A stretch of 64,000 nucleotides of DNA from the human T2T-CHM13v2.0 reference genome, Homo sapiens: NCBI RefSeq assembly GCF_009914755.1, contig NC_060940.1. The stretch is one strand, 5' to 3'. How positions within the stretch are numbered: position 1 is the first letter of the stretch; each line of letters opens with the position of its first letter. The notes beneath the pieces are model-generated. The model saw only the letters and a list, made by a program, of their open reading frames with translations, made no database searches and was not told the origin of the DNA. Position numbers and translations under genes: made by a program. Below are positions 17,785 to 28,882 of the stretch, in pieces.

Positions 17785-18410
17785 ATACTCTACATAATTA
17801 CCATATGACTCACAATTTTCACTCGTGGGCATCTGTCCCAGGAAAATGAAAGTTTATGTTCACACAGAAACCTCTACACGAATATATATATAGTACTTCT
17901 ATTTGTAATAATCAAATACCAGATACAACCCAGAAGTCCGAATTGATGAGTGATGTGGTACACACGTACCACAGAATACTACTGAACTAAAAAAAAGGGA
18001 ACAAACTATTGACACATATAAGCTGAATCTCCAGAAAATGATGCCGGGTGAGTCAAACCCCAAAAGGTTACACACTTTAATTGCAATTATATAACATTCC
18101 TATAAAGGCAAATTTATAGAAATGGAGAACATGCTAGTGGTTGCCAGGGTTAAGGGAGGAGTGAGATGGTCTGGAAGTAGGGGTGGATATCAAAGGGCGG
18201 TAATGAGGGATCCTCCTCATGATATAAATGTTCTCTGTCTTGACTGCATCAATGTCAGTATCCAGGTTGTGATGCTGTGCTATACAGTATATTGCAAGAA
18301 GTTACTATTAGGAGAAACTGGGTAGTGTTCAAAGATCTCTGTATTATTTTGTACAACTGCATGTGAACTTAACAATCTGAAAAAATAAAGTTTGATCAAA
18401 AATAAAAAAG
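17785..18410 (+). mobile_element. Old L1 3' fragment (L1MD/ME-like)
   Basis: ttaccatatgac...atgttcacacagaaacct...A-rich tail. Confidence 0.7.
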
Positions 18411-18989
18411 GAAATCTCTCTAGCCTAATAAATTTACTTTATGACTCTGAGATCTAAGCTTAAGAATTCATCATAGCCCTTGGATTCTTTGTCATCATCA
18501 GCCTTTGTGGACCTTCCCAGTTCCTTCCCTAAGCACTCCTTCTCACCAGATGTACCCCTTCACAGTGTCCACACCAAAGAGGCTAGAGACCTGTCTATAC
18601 AAAAGAATTCTTCCATCTTCCTATAGCTGCTACAAAGGCCACAACAAGGTATTTCCCAATGGCAAGGTAATCTATCATTACTCAATTACCCAAATGCAGG
18701 GATTCTGTGAAGGAAGTGGATGTCAGCCTTCTTTACAGAGATGAAACTCTGCCATTTAGGGCAACTTTTTCTTGTATATGAAATGAGCCAATAGATTTGT
18801 TTGAGGAAGAGATATTCTATTCCAGAGGGACTATTACAGAAAATTAAAGTACACATAGGAATATCTTTCAAGTCTTTTTCCTCCCATAAATATGAGTCAT
18901 ATTAGAAAGTTATTTTAAACCTAGTCTAATATCTGATTGTCAAAAGAATGACTCTGATAGAAAAAGGAATTTTTTTGAACCTTTTTTTT

Positions 18990-19316
18990 TCAGGTATAAA
19001 CATTCATTCAATCCAATAAAGACATTTTAGAAAAAAGTCAACCTATACAATTTATTTTATTTTTCCTATACCTTGGCTAAACAAAATATATTTGGTGATA
19101 CTGTAAAATACTAAGCATTTTCAGTAAAACTGGCAATCAAATACAGCTTAACCTTCTTCTGCGTGACAACTGAGGATTTTAATTGGAAAAGTATTATAGT
19201 CTATAAACAGGAATACCCAAAACATATTTAAACCACTCGAGCACTTTGATTTTTCCATGTTCTTTGCATCTAGATTGAAACACATCACAGGAAATTTCAA
19301 AGACCAACGGCTGAAT
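18990..19316 (-). ncRNA. CRNDE: CRNDE terminal exon
   Basis: acceptor tttttttttcttttag|; overlapping AATAAA hexamers at 19051-19061 on the minus strand. Confidence 0.8.
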
Positions 19317-22300
19317 CTAAAAGAAAAAAAAAATCCATTTAGTTGCTATGATCATTGTCACCATCAATCCCTAATATCTTATACTTCACTGGTCACACTT
19401 AACTCTGCTATGCTGTTTTATGCTTGGGAGAAGACAAATTACTAATCAATTATGTATACTAATTTAAAATGCTACCTTTAGGAGGCATTTTAATAACTTA
19501 GTAATAGGGGTGAAGTGCTTCCTCTAACTGCTTACGTGAAAACACCTTCAATAACACATTAGCCAGGATGCACTGAACATTTGGGAACAATTAATGCTAT
19601 AGTCTACATAAACTGTCAAATTGCCCCCCCTAAAGTAGTGGTACAATTCTGCAACTGGTTGAGGTCACATGGAAAATAGAATTATATGCTAATTTGTTCC
19701 CATATTAAGTTATCATAAAAGGTCAGACCAAACATAGTAAAAGGAATCCTGGAAAAAAAATTAAGTAGATTGGTATGTACTGTATCAAAGTAAACTGTTT
19801 ATCTTAATAGATACAAATACAAGAAAATGTTAAAGCCAGGGCATTTTCTCCTTTTTAAAAAGAAATGTTTTAGCTAACCCTAGGCAATGACTTGCACGAT
19901 TTAAAAATACTTTATAGGAATAGTTTTTCCCTAAAGGAGAACAGGGGTAGGGTACTTTTTTTTGCTTTCAAGCAGAGAAAAGCAATGGAAAAGGGCATAA
20001 TATCCAAAAAGGAAAAATTTCTCCAGAAAACTATTTCCTCTACTTTACATGTTTCTTAAATTTAATTCACATAGTTCTACACATGAACTATAAAATGAAC
20101 ACACAAACACACATGCTTAGTTTAGCTGAAACTAAAGAGGGGTCAAGAGATGTTGACTATAATACATTTATTATTTTACTCCAAACTAAGAAATAATTTG
20201 GAGGGGTGATGGAGAAATGAAATATTACAGCATACGAAATCACAGGTCTAGTATTTTATAAAGCATCCAGTTTATTGCAGGACACAACTAAGACAAGTGA
20301 CAGAGATCATCTGTCACACCCTTAGGCAAACTCCTGAGAAAAAAATAAAACAGTAATTTTGTGTCCTAGAGACTATCCTTTTTTCCACCAAAAGATATAC
20401 TTACATTTTTCATTTCAACATTTCCAGTGGCATCCTACAAGAGAACTAGCACTCACAATGAGTCATCTGAATTTTCTTTAAATCGTAACTCATTTTTAAT
20501 TTCTAAACAGGTTTTACCTATTGATTTAAATAAGATAATTATTAGTTACCATAAAATGAGTTAGGTTCACATGAAATATCAGTTTGACATCTTATTCAAA
20601 TACTTACTTTCCTGCTATTACCAGCATTGTTTATCCTATTTTCCTTATCAAGTTAGATATGGAGATACCTAGGCATAAAATCTTCAGACACCTTGATGGA
20701 CTAAAAATAAATTTATTTTTATAAAAAGTATAAAAATTATTATCATTCTTGTTTTGAAGGATTTTATGTATTGGGAAGTAAATCCATAAGAAGTTGAGAA
20801 TTACATTAAAAGAGGGTAAAAGTCTGACAAAAATGAAAACATGCATTGATGCCTAAAAAATCAGGACTGAAGTAAATTAATCTTCATTCCCACTGAAAGC
20901 AATCTTGATGTCCAGAGACTGAGAATTATTCTACCATAAAATACGGCACATTAAATACTACAATAGCCCATCTGAAATGTCTTAATATAATTGATATCAT
21001 CTACAAATGATTGTACATATATTTTAATATTCATTACTGGAGATTCCAATGCAAAATATATTGAAATTGTAAAAATATTAAGTCAGTTAAAGACCGCATC
21101 AAATCAGTAGCTATTCTATGACTAAAAGTAAGACTCAAAATAAGATTTGAAAAAAACCACTAAAAGCAGGGTCAAAATATTTGGATGTTGCTTATCAGAA
21201 ACAACACTATCATTCCTGATGGTTTGCTTATAAAATTCTATATTCCTACCAGCTGGCTGAAAAGAATCAAAAGCTTCTTACAACCAGCTAAAAAGAAAGA
21301 CTTTACCATGCCCCTTGAAAAAGCTCATTTTCACGTTACTCAGGCTTCATTATGCTAAATCAATATTCGTTTAGTCACTGGGGTTATTGACATATTTTAA
21401 AATAAAAGTATACCCTTCAGCTACTGCACTCATTACAGGTAATTTGTCTTGTCAGAGAGCAGGGAATATTATCCTAGTCTTTCAGGGGCTGACAGCCCAT
21501 GAAAATACCTCCCCATGGTTACAACTGTAAATAATTTTAAGGTAAAATATTGAAAAATCAATGACTGTTTCCTGCAATCTGTCACAAACAAATCAATCAT
21601 AATCTGTACTGCCAGAGAGTATGATTTGAAGGAGATGGGAGCAGATGTAATTCTTGGCTGGAATCTCTCATTTCAAAATCACTTCACATAATGGTGTCAT
21701 CATTTAAACACTTAACAGTCAGTGCAACTGCCACTGTAACATCTAGTTGGACAAAACCACAAGGAGGGGGAGGAGAAAATGCCATCACTATTATGTTAAC
21801 AAACATTTAATTTAAATGGTTGCTGCACTAGTAAATTTCTGCAGAAAACAGTTTTACCCGCCCCCTTTCACAGTTCCAAATTAATCAAGGATGCTTTTCT
21901 ATAATCTGATGCTTAGCAAATTAGCTCATGATTCAAATTTTGCCCTCTTGAAGCACATATACCTTTTATTTTAAAAGTCCATTATAGAGAATAAAATTTG
22001 GAATATATAAGGTATTTGAATTGCAGAACACCCCTCTAATTCTGTTAATATAGCAAAGACAAAACAGTATCATATACATCAAGATCATACTTTTAAAGTA
22101 AGTTTAAAGGTCTCAATTGCCCAGATATTAAATTTATATTTTCCTTCTATTAAAAAATATTACATTTCAATTTTGTAATATTGTAACATATTTTAAGATG
22201 ACCAGCAAGACCTAGTCAATTTGAAAATACCCTTGCATTCCATACACAAGCTATACCATAAGTAATAACCCAAGTATATGATGTGTAAAAGTTGGTGAAG

Positions 22301-25243
22301 GTCATAATACTGAATTTTTTTGCAAATGTAAACTGCTTTCCAAGTAATCAGCACCATTTTTTACTAGACTACATTTTAATCACTTCCTTAGCTGCTTACA
22401 ACCTCTACTTAGGCATAAATAAAAGAATCTGAAATTGGTATATTTCCCCTTCCTGCTGTGTTAACCAAAAATACTATTTGACTTAAAGATCAAAGAGTCT
22501 TTTTCCTGAAGGTTTTTGTTTTTAAATGTACACTAGTTCTTTTAATGAAAGAAACTGGTTTTAGCCACGTTTCTAACCAATTTCCTAATTATATAACTAG
22601 ACACCATGAAGTCCTTCATTGTTTTATTAATATTCCTCCCCAGATATAGTTCAGGGGGCAGATGTTTTTAAGCCAGTCAAATTTAGCGTTGGGGGTTGGG
22701 GGAAGGTGGTACATCAGCATTAGTGAAAGGGGCAGATATTTTTGATGCCTAGAAAAGTATATTATTTTCCTTAAAAAGGAAAACAGATATAAATACCATT
22801 ACAAAATTTCAGCCTGTATAAACATTCTTAGATATAGTAATTGGCATATTATAAAAAGGTTTTACTCTGTTTTTAATTTAGCCTGCATATTCAATGTGCC
22901 TACATAGCATCAGAGGATAGAATCTTTTCTGATAGATACAAATTTAACCCAATTTTTGTTCTTCAAGAATCTTTCATTCTTAAACACCACTGGGTTTTTG
23001 AAAATGAAAAAGCACATGGGTAAATTATCAAAGAAATAATCCACAATAAAAGGGAGCCCTCCATTCCATGTGAATCCCTGCAACAGCTGCAAAGTAAGCA
23101 GCAAGCCAACCTAGGAAAAGATTACGTGAAAAGTGGAAAGGCACCTAAGGCTCTGAACCAGGAAAAGAACCCCTGTGCAGGAGCTCCCGGCCTCCAGGAC
23201 ACTACAATGCCCCAGGCTGGGCCCAACTACTTCTCAGCAGAGCACTGGAACCAGCTGCCAAACACCAAGTCTTATACTCAGAGTTTGGTCATGTCTAGCA
23301 GTAAATCATCCAGCAGAAAACACATCCCCCCAAATGAAGGCAACAAAGAACTGGGAGGCGAATGAGGACGGTTAAGCAACATGCTAAATGCATGCACGTC
23401 AACCACAAACTAAAATGACATCTACAAGAACTGTGCAGGACACCTTCACAGATCTAATTCTCAGAAAGAAGCTATTTTAAGGGTGCTGAGTATGGCTAAA
23501 TGATATTTCTCAGCTCTACCAATGCAGTCCATGGCACTAGAAGAGGCAGGCTCAAAAACTTAGCAGAGGAAAATAAAATTGTTTCCATATACCAAATTCA
23601 AAGAAATTGCTGTCTACTGCACAAAGTTCTTACATGTAATAAAGATTCAGGATTACAGAGGAAAGTATTCTTTTAAAAGAGATAATATTACCTCCTTATC
23701 TTCAGAATCTCCTCCTTCCAATAGCCAGTACAGTAGCTCCATTATGAATTGCAGACTCTTAAAAAGAAAAACAGGAATAGTTAGCTTCATCTTTTGCACC
23801 ACTTCCTTCCTTCATGGAATTACAATTTAATTACCAATACTCCATTTGATTTTCTTCCTAGATGATACACTTCTCAAAAAGCATGCTCTTTAGCCATTTC
23901 TACTAGAGAACGTTTAATACAACCTTCTCAGTTAATCAACCATAACCCATTATTGCTGAAAGGACATCTTTTCTTCATATTTTCAAGAGTGGGAACCCCC
24001 TACATCTATTTTATATAGAAGGAATATAAGAATTTTAATACATGTGAATACCTCTAATATACATGAAATATGAATCTTAATAAATGTGGCCGATAACAGA
24101 TATAAAACTCAACCAATCTGCCTATGTGTTTAGATTTTTCCTACATTTATCCTTAGGAGGAAAAAAGAAATTACTTAATCCTCTTATCTTTTAAATTCAA
24201 CAATTTTATACATGGTTTAAAACAAAGTAAAACAAAACAAAAAACTAAGCTTAAAGGCAAACAAAAAGGAATCAGATTACTCACCACCTAACATTTTCTT
24301 TACATTTGTGTTGTGTTTTCTAACTCACTGTAATGCTTTAGCTCTCAGTCATACGTGAAACCCAATTTCCATAAGCAATTAATAATAGGAAAACTCAAGG
24401 ATGTTACTTTAAAATTATTATATATCACTTCATATTAGTTAAAAATCACTGTAATGCCTCGGAAAGTATTCAGAGAAACATTTATTTTATTGGCGGCTAT
24501 ATTAACTACTGCCTTCTGTAAAATTAGCTTTTTTTTTTGTTATAAGAACCATTTTTTTTACTTAATAAAATGTTCTGTGTCAATAAATTCAGTTCCTTGC
24601 TCTGACAACTAGACAAATATTCTGCAAAACAATTCTTTCTCATAGCTTTTCTTACCTGCCTATATTCAGCAGCCTCTATTTGATGAGAAATGACAAGTTT
24701 TACATACCTGTGTGTACTCTGTCACTAAAAAAGTTTGGTACCCATGACTGGAACTGATATTCCCACTAAATTTATTCTTAAAAGAAATAGGTAACTGAAA
24801 TGATTAAAAACTGTAATTAGGCATAAACAGGTTATTTCTCTTAAATAATAATTCTATTTGTATAAAATATTACAAACTTCACTTTGATTTTTATGAAAAG
24901 CACTGAGTTTATAAATTTTACTGTCCAATTATACCATTAAAAATAAATTATTCAAAGTAATTCCATGATAAATAGTAAGTAAAAATAAATTATTCAGTTT
25001 TATTTCATGAACCTAAAATTTATCTATTTACTGTACTCTTGTTTAATGCATTAATAAAATTTTTAATAATCAAAGGCCTCAAGTAGCTGACATTCTCTAC
25101 ATTTTGTACTTAGCCTCTATTATCAATAATAAATACTTTGGTAAAACCAACATTGATGCTATTTTGGATCGACTCCACATACAAGCAAACTGTGTGCAGA
25201 CACTCACTTGCAGACCAGCCTTGGGATGAATTTCAGCCAACAT
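19194..25243 (-). CDS. CRNDE: CRNDEP micropeptide, complement join(25243..25208,23757..23692,20434..20405,19316..19194), 84 aa
   Basis: MLAEIHPKAGLQ|SLQFIMELLYWLLEGGDSEDKE|DATGNVEMKN|IQPLVFEISCDVFQSRCKEHGKIKVLEWFKYVLGIPVYRL*; 12+22+10+40 codons; all GT-AG, all phase 0. Confidence 0.88.
20405..20517 (-). ncRNA. CRNDE: CRNDE exon 5 with three alternative acceptors (113/62/30 nt)
   Basis: AG before 20517, 20466 and 20434; shared donor AAT|gtaagt. Confidence 0.75.
23692..23757 (-). ncRNA. CRNDE: CRNDE exon 4 (66 nt)
   Basis: acceptor ttttctttttaag|, donor GAG|gtaata. Confidence 0.85.
24708..24765 (-). ncRNA. CRNDE: CRNDE cassette exon 3 (58 nt)
   Basis: acceptor aatttag|, donor CAG|gtatgt; alternative donor CAG|gtaaga at 24655. 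Confidence 0.7.
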
Positions 25244-25320
25244 TTGGAGGAACCCCTTAGTTCAGAAGTGAACTTAGCTGACAGCATCCAAATGTATTAT
25301 GGAAGCATCACACTTAACAC
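25208..25320 (-). ncRNA. CRNDE: CRNDE exon 2 (113 nt)
   Basis: acceptor ttttcggtgcag|, donor CAA|gtgagt. Confidence 0.85.
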
Positions 25321-28300
25321 CTGCACCGAAAATGGAAATGATTCTGTTTAAGGAAACACAGAAAACTAAGTAATACTTTTGGGATATTAGATTCAAATAT
25401 CTAATTTTCTCGAAGGTATCACTCCATATTATGGCAAATAAACAAATAAAAGCTGTATCAAGGTATGGAATATCATTAGCCTGAGAAAAGACTAGAAAAA
25501 TGGATTACGTAAATGACAACTGCAGGAGAAAATTATATTCTCTTCTCCTGAACAAATGTTAAGTGCATCCTTACTAATAAAGACTTAAACTCAAACTACA
25601 TTAGAATATACTGGTTTTCAATTTTGAAGCATCTAAGTTAATTTGCTAAGCTAAATTGGTGCTTAGGTACACTACAGCTATAAAAACACTGCAGATTTAT
25701 GCAGAAATAAGCCTTCAGCATCACACTTCAGAGCAGTGCTATGAAAGCAAACCACTCATTATTGAAAAAGGAAAAAAGAATTCCTAGATTTGACATGTTC
25801 TTAGAGTTGCACCAGCTGCTATTCTATTAAGAAAAATTATTCCCTATAAACAGCTAACAAATATACCAAAAAGATGTTAAAATATAGGAGTCAACAAAAA
25901 AGAGATATTGAAGAGAAACATATAAAGATAATGAAATACTACCACTCAAAACAGGCTGTACTATCCCAGAGTTAAAACATTATTCCAAAGTATGATGCTA
26001 TGTTCATCATCTATTTTGAAGAGCATATTTAATTCACTCAGGATTACATGATTTAATTTACTTTCCTGTTATCAACTAAAGAACATTTTTTCCTAAGATT
26101 TCTAGAATGTATACACATAATAATAATTATTGAGTTATTCGTTAAAATGGATAATTAGTTCATATTCCTATTTCATCTCTTTTAATGCAATATATCAAAT
26201 TTGAAAATAACACATGGATAACAGCATAAGAATGCTCATCATAGCTGCCAGAGGGGAAAAAAATTTTGATTAGGGGTGGTATGGGAGATAAATAAAGCAA
26301 TTATCTCAAAATTAATGGTCTTGTTTTAGTTTTAGCAAACAAATCTACGTAAGTCTTTCTTTTAGTTTACCATGTAATTCTAACCAGGTAATTATCCTTG
26401 GAGTCAAGAATGAGCTGTGACTCTACACCTGGCTTTTCCGATCATATGCCTATGGTCTCCTCCACTTTCATTTCCTCTTTTTACAGTGACTTTTAATATT
26501 AAAGAAAAACATATACACTTCTTACATACACACTGATAGACAGCCAGCTTCCAGGAAATCCTAAGCTACAAAGAGAAGAGAAAATCTTAATGCAATACTT
26601 ATGTTAAAAGGTATTAGGTGCTGGGTAAGCCAAGGGTAATATCATCAACAGCATCCATCTTGCCAGTGTTTTTGCATTCCGAGATTTGTAGTAAAGAACA
26701 GCAATATTATTTTAGTGGTCACCCAGGTTATGACTCAGATCCTTAAACTAGTAAGAGACTAAATGCACTATCTTCACTTACTCATCAATTCAAACACACA
26801 GAACAGTATTTTGGAAGAAATAAAACAGTTTTCTTCTATTTTTAGAAATAAAAACAAGGCATTCCGTAAACATTGTATCTAGGTATTTAATGATATGAAA
26901 AAGAAATTGTTTTAGATCATTAAGGCACCCCAGGAGACTGTTTCTTTTCCAAAAAAACGAAATAGCATAAATTTCTCATATATTTACCTCTTATTATATT
27001 CCTGTTTCTGCACATTAAGCATGCCCTCCTCTACAGACTTATTCTGAACACTAACAAGTGTTTGCTTAATAAAATACTGCTCTATTTTATGCTTTTCTTT
27101 CAAAATTAGAAACCATTATTCCACAAAGGTAGAGCACAAAGAAAGCCGACACAGGCATTGCCAAAAAGCCACAAGTACTATTAGTACATGCCAGAACACT
27201 TAACATTAAACTATCATTTCTCTCTAAAACTTCTGTTGCTAAAGTGCTCACAAAATCTGGAAGCTCAAAGACAGGTTTCAAGTGCAATTAAATTCTCCAA
27301 AAGCAAAACTGTACAAAAATATGCCGCCCTTCTTATGTCACCATTTATAGACAACATTTTCTCAGGATCTTAATTAAGATAACGATGCACACCTGTGTCA
27401 ACATTCTCTGGCAAGACAGCCTTATCAATCATAATCCTTTAAGTACACTCCAAAACAGCAAAGCGATATGACAGAAGCAATCTGTTGCCTTTCCTGGTGT
27501 TGGTGTTGTGTCTCTCCCACAAGAATGATGAGATCTTTAAAATACAGCAGACCTACTTCTATGAGTCTTTAAAGTTTTAACTGTAAATAGCTATTAACAC
27601 TAAATAAACAGGAATAACCTCTTTTGCACTTGACTGAAACAATGACAACTGTACAGCCAAAACTTGAAGAACAAGCTCTAGGGCCATGTCTTGACAATAC
27701 AATTGCGAACCGTACTTTAAAGCTTTAAATTTTAAGAGTTATGCGAAACTGGATCGGTGCAGACATGACAAACCAATAAACCTTTAGGAAGTTTCAAAAT
27801 GAGAATATTTAATAGTCCTACGTCAAAAACAACCCGAGCAAACTTATCCCTAGTGTAAGTTTAAATGTTGGGAAAGACACAAATTCAATAGAAAGTAAGG
27901 GGAGAAAAAGTCTTCTTGGTAACCTAGGATGGGAGGGATACAGATCCCACCTCTGCTGGAAGAGAAAGCTTCAGAGTCAAGACACCAAACTACCGCTAAC
28001 AAGTATGCAGCTTTCCAAACGGAAAAGCTAATGAATAGGAAGTAAAAAGGAGGGGAGAGTGAAACAAACGGTCACCACTACCCAGATAAAAAGTTAAAAC
28101 CTCGTGTTTACCAGCAAACAAGTGAACGCTTTCATATAAAAACGGAGAAAACCCGCCAGATGCTATCTGCATGCCGTCTGCCTGCTAATCATGATCGGCC
28201 GTTCCCTTTCTCATATTAACACAATTCTATCTCAGACGCCGGGCGGCCGTGGCCAGCTGAGCAGCAGAGCCATCAATGTGCAAATAAAGCAGAAAATAGA

Positions 28301-28483
28301 GACATCCTTAAGAAATGAGTCTTAAATTTGACGTAGAGCGGAGGTGACAACCACGGCAACAGAACCATACTTTCTAAATGCCTCAATATCTTGCAGGAGT
28401 CTCTCCAGCCCCTGACACCAAAAAGAAGACAGTACAAGAAAAGGGGTTAAAAAAATTAAAAAAACAACCAACAAACAAGCCAC

Positions 28484-28525
28484 GGGGCGGGGGCGGGGGC
28501 GGGGGCGGGGGCGGGGGTGGGGGGA
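28484..28525 (+). repeat. (GGGGGC)n hexamer repeat, about 5 units, G-quadruplex-forming
   Basis: ggggc(gggggc)4 ggggg t ggggggg. Confidence 0.9.
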
Positions 28526-28882
28526 GAAAGCGCGGGACTGCCGGAGTGGCAGGATGATGTAATGAGGATGTCTGTGTGACAGACTCGGGTTCTCGGTGGC
28601 ACAAACCTCCAAGGGCTCTACTCCGGAAAGCCGTGTCCCGGACGAGAGCCGCGGCGACGAAGGGAACAGGCGTGGACAGAGGAGCCACGCCCACGCGCGC
28701 CCGCCCCGAACCCCGACACCCGGAGAGGCTCGACCGGCGCCGACGCGGCCCGAGGCCCAGGCCCTAGCCCACGGGACGTCTGGTCGGGCGCGGGGCACCG
28801 CCGCGTCCGTTCGGCCCACGAGGGGACACGACTAGAGGGGCGGACGGCGCGGCCAGAGGGCCTGGCCCGGGCGGGGGCTCAC

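Noticed and set aside
18982-18990. T-run as the CRNDE poly(A) site
   Set aside because: Genomic A-tract on the minus strand could be an internal-priming artefact; the AATAAA at 19051-19061 points to cleavage nearer 19030
20608-20668. Exon-like 61-nt segment (gcctag| ... AAA|gtaagt) in CRNDE intron 4 whose length would bridge exon 4 to the 113-nt exon 5
   Set aside because: The required frame has several stops and the most open frame has the wrong phase, so it is not counted as support for the fossil-gene model
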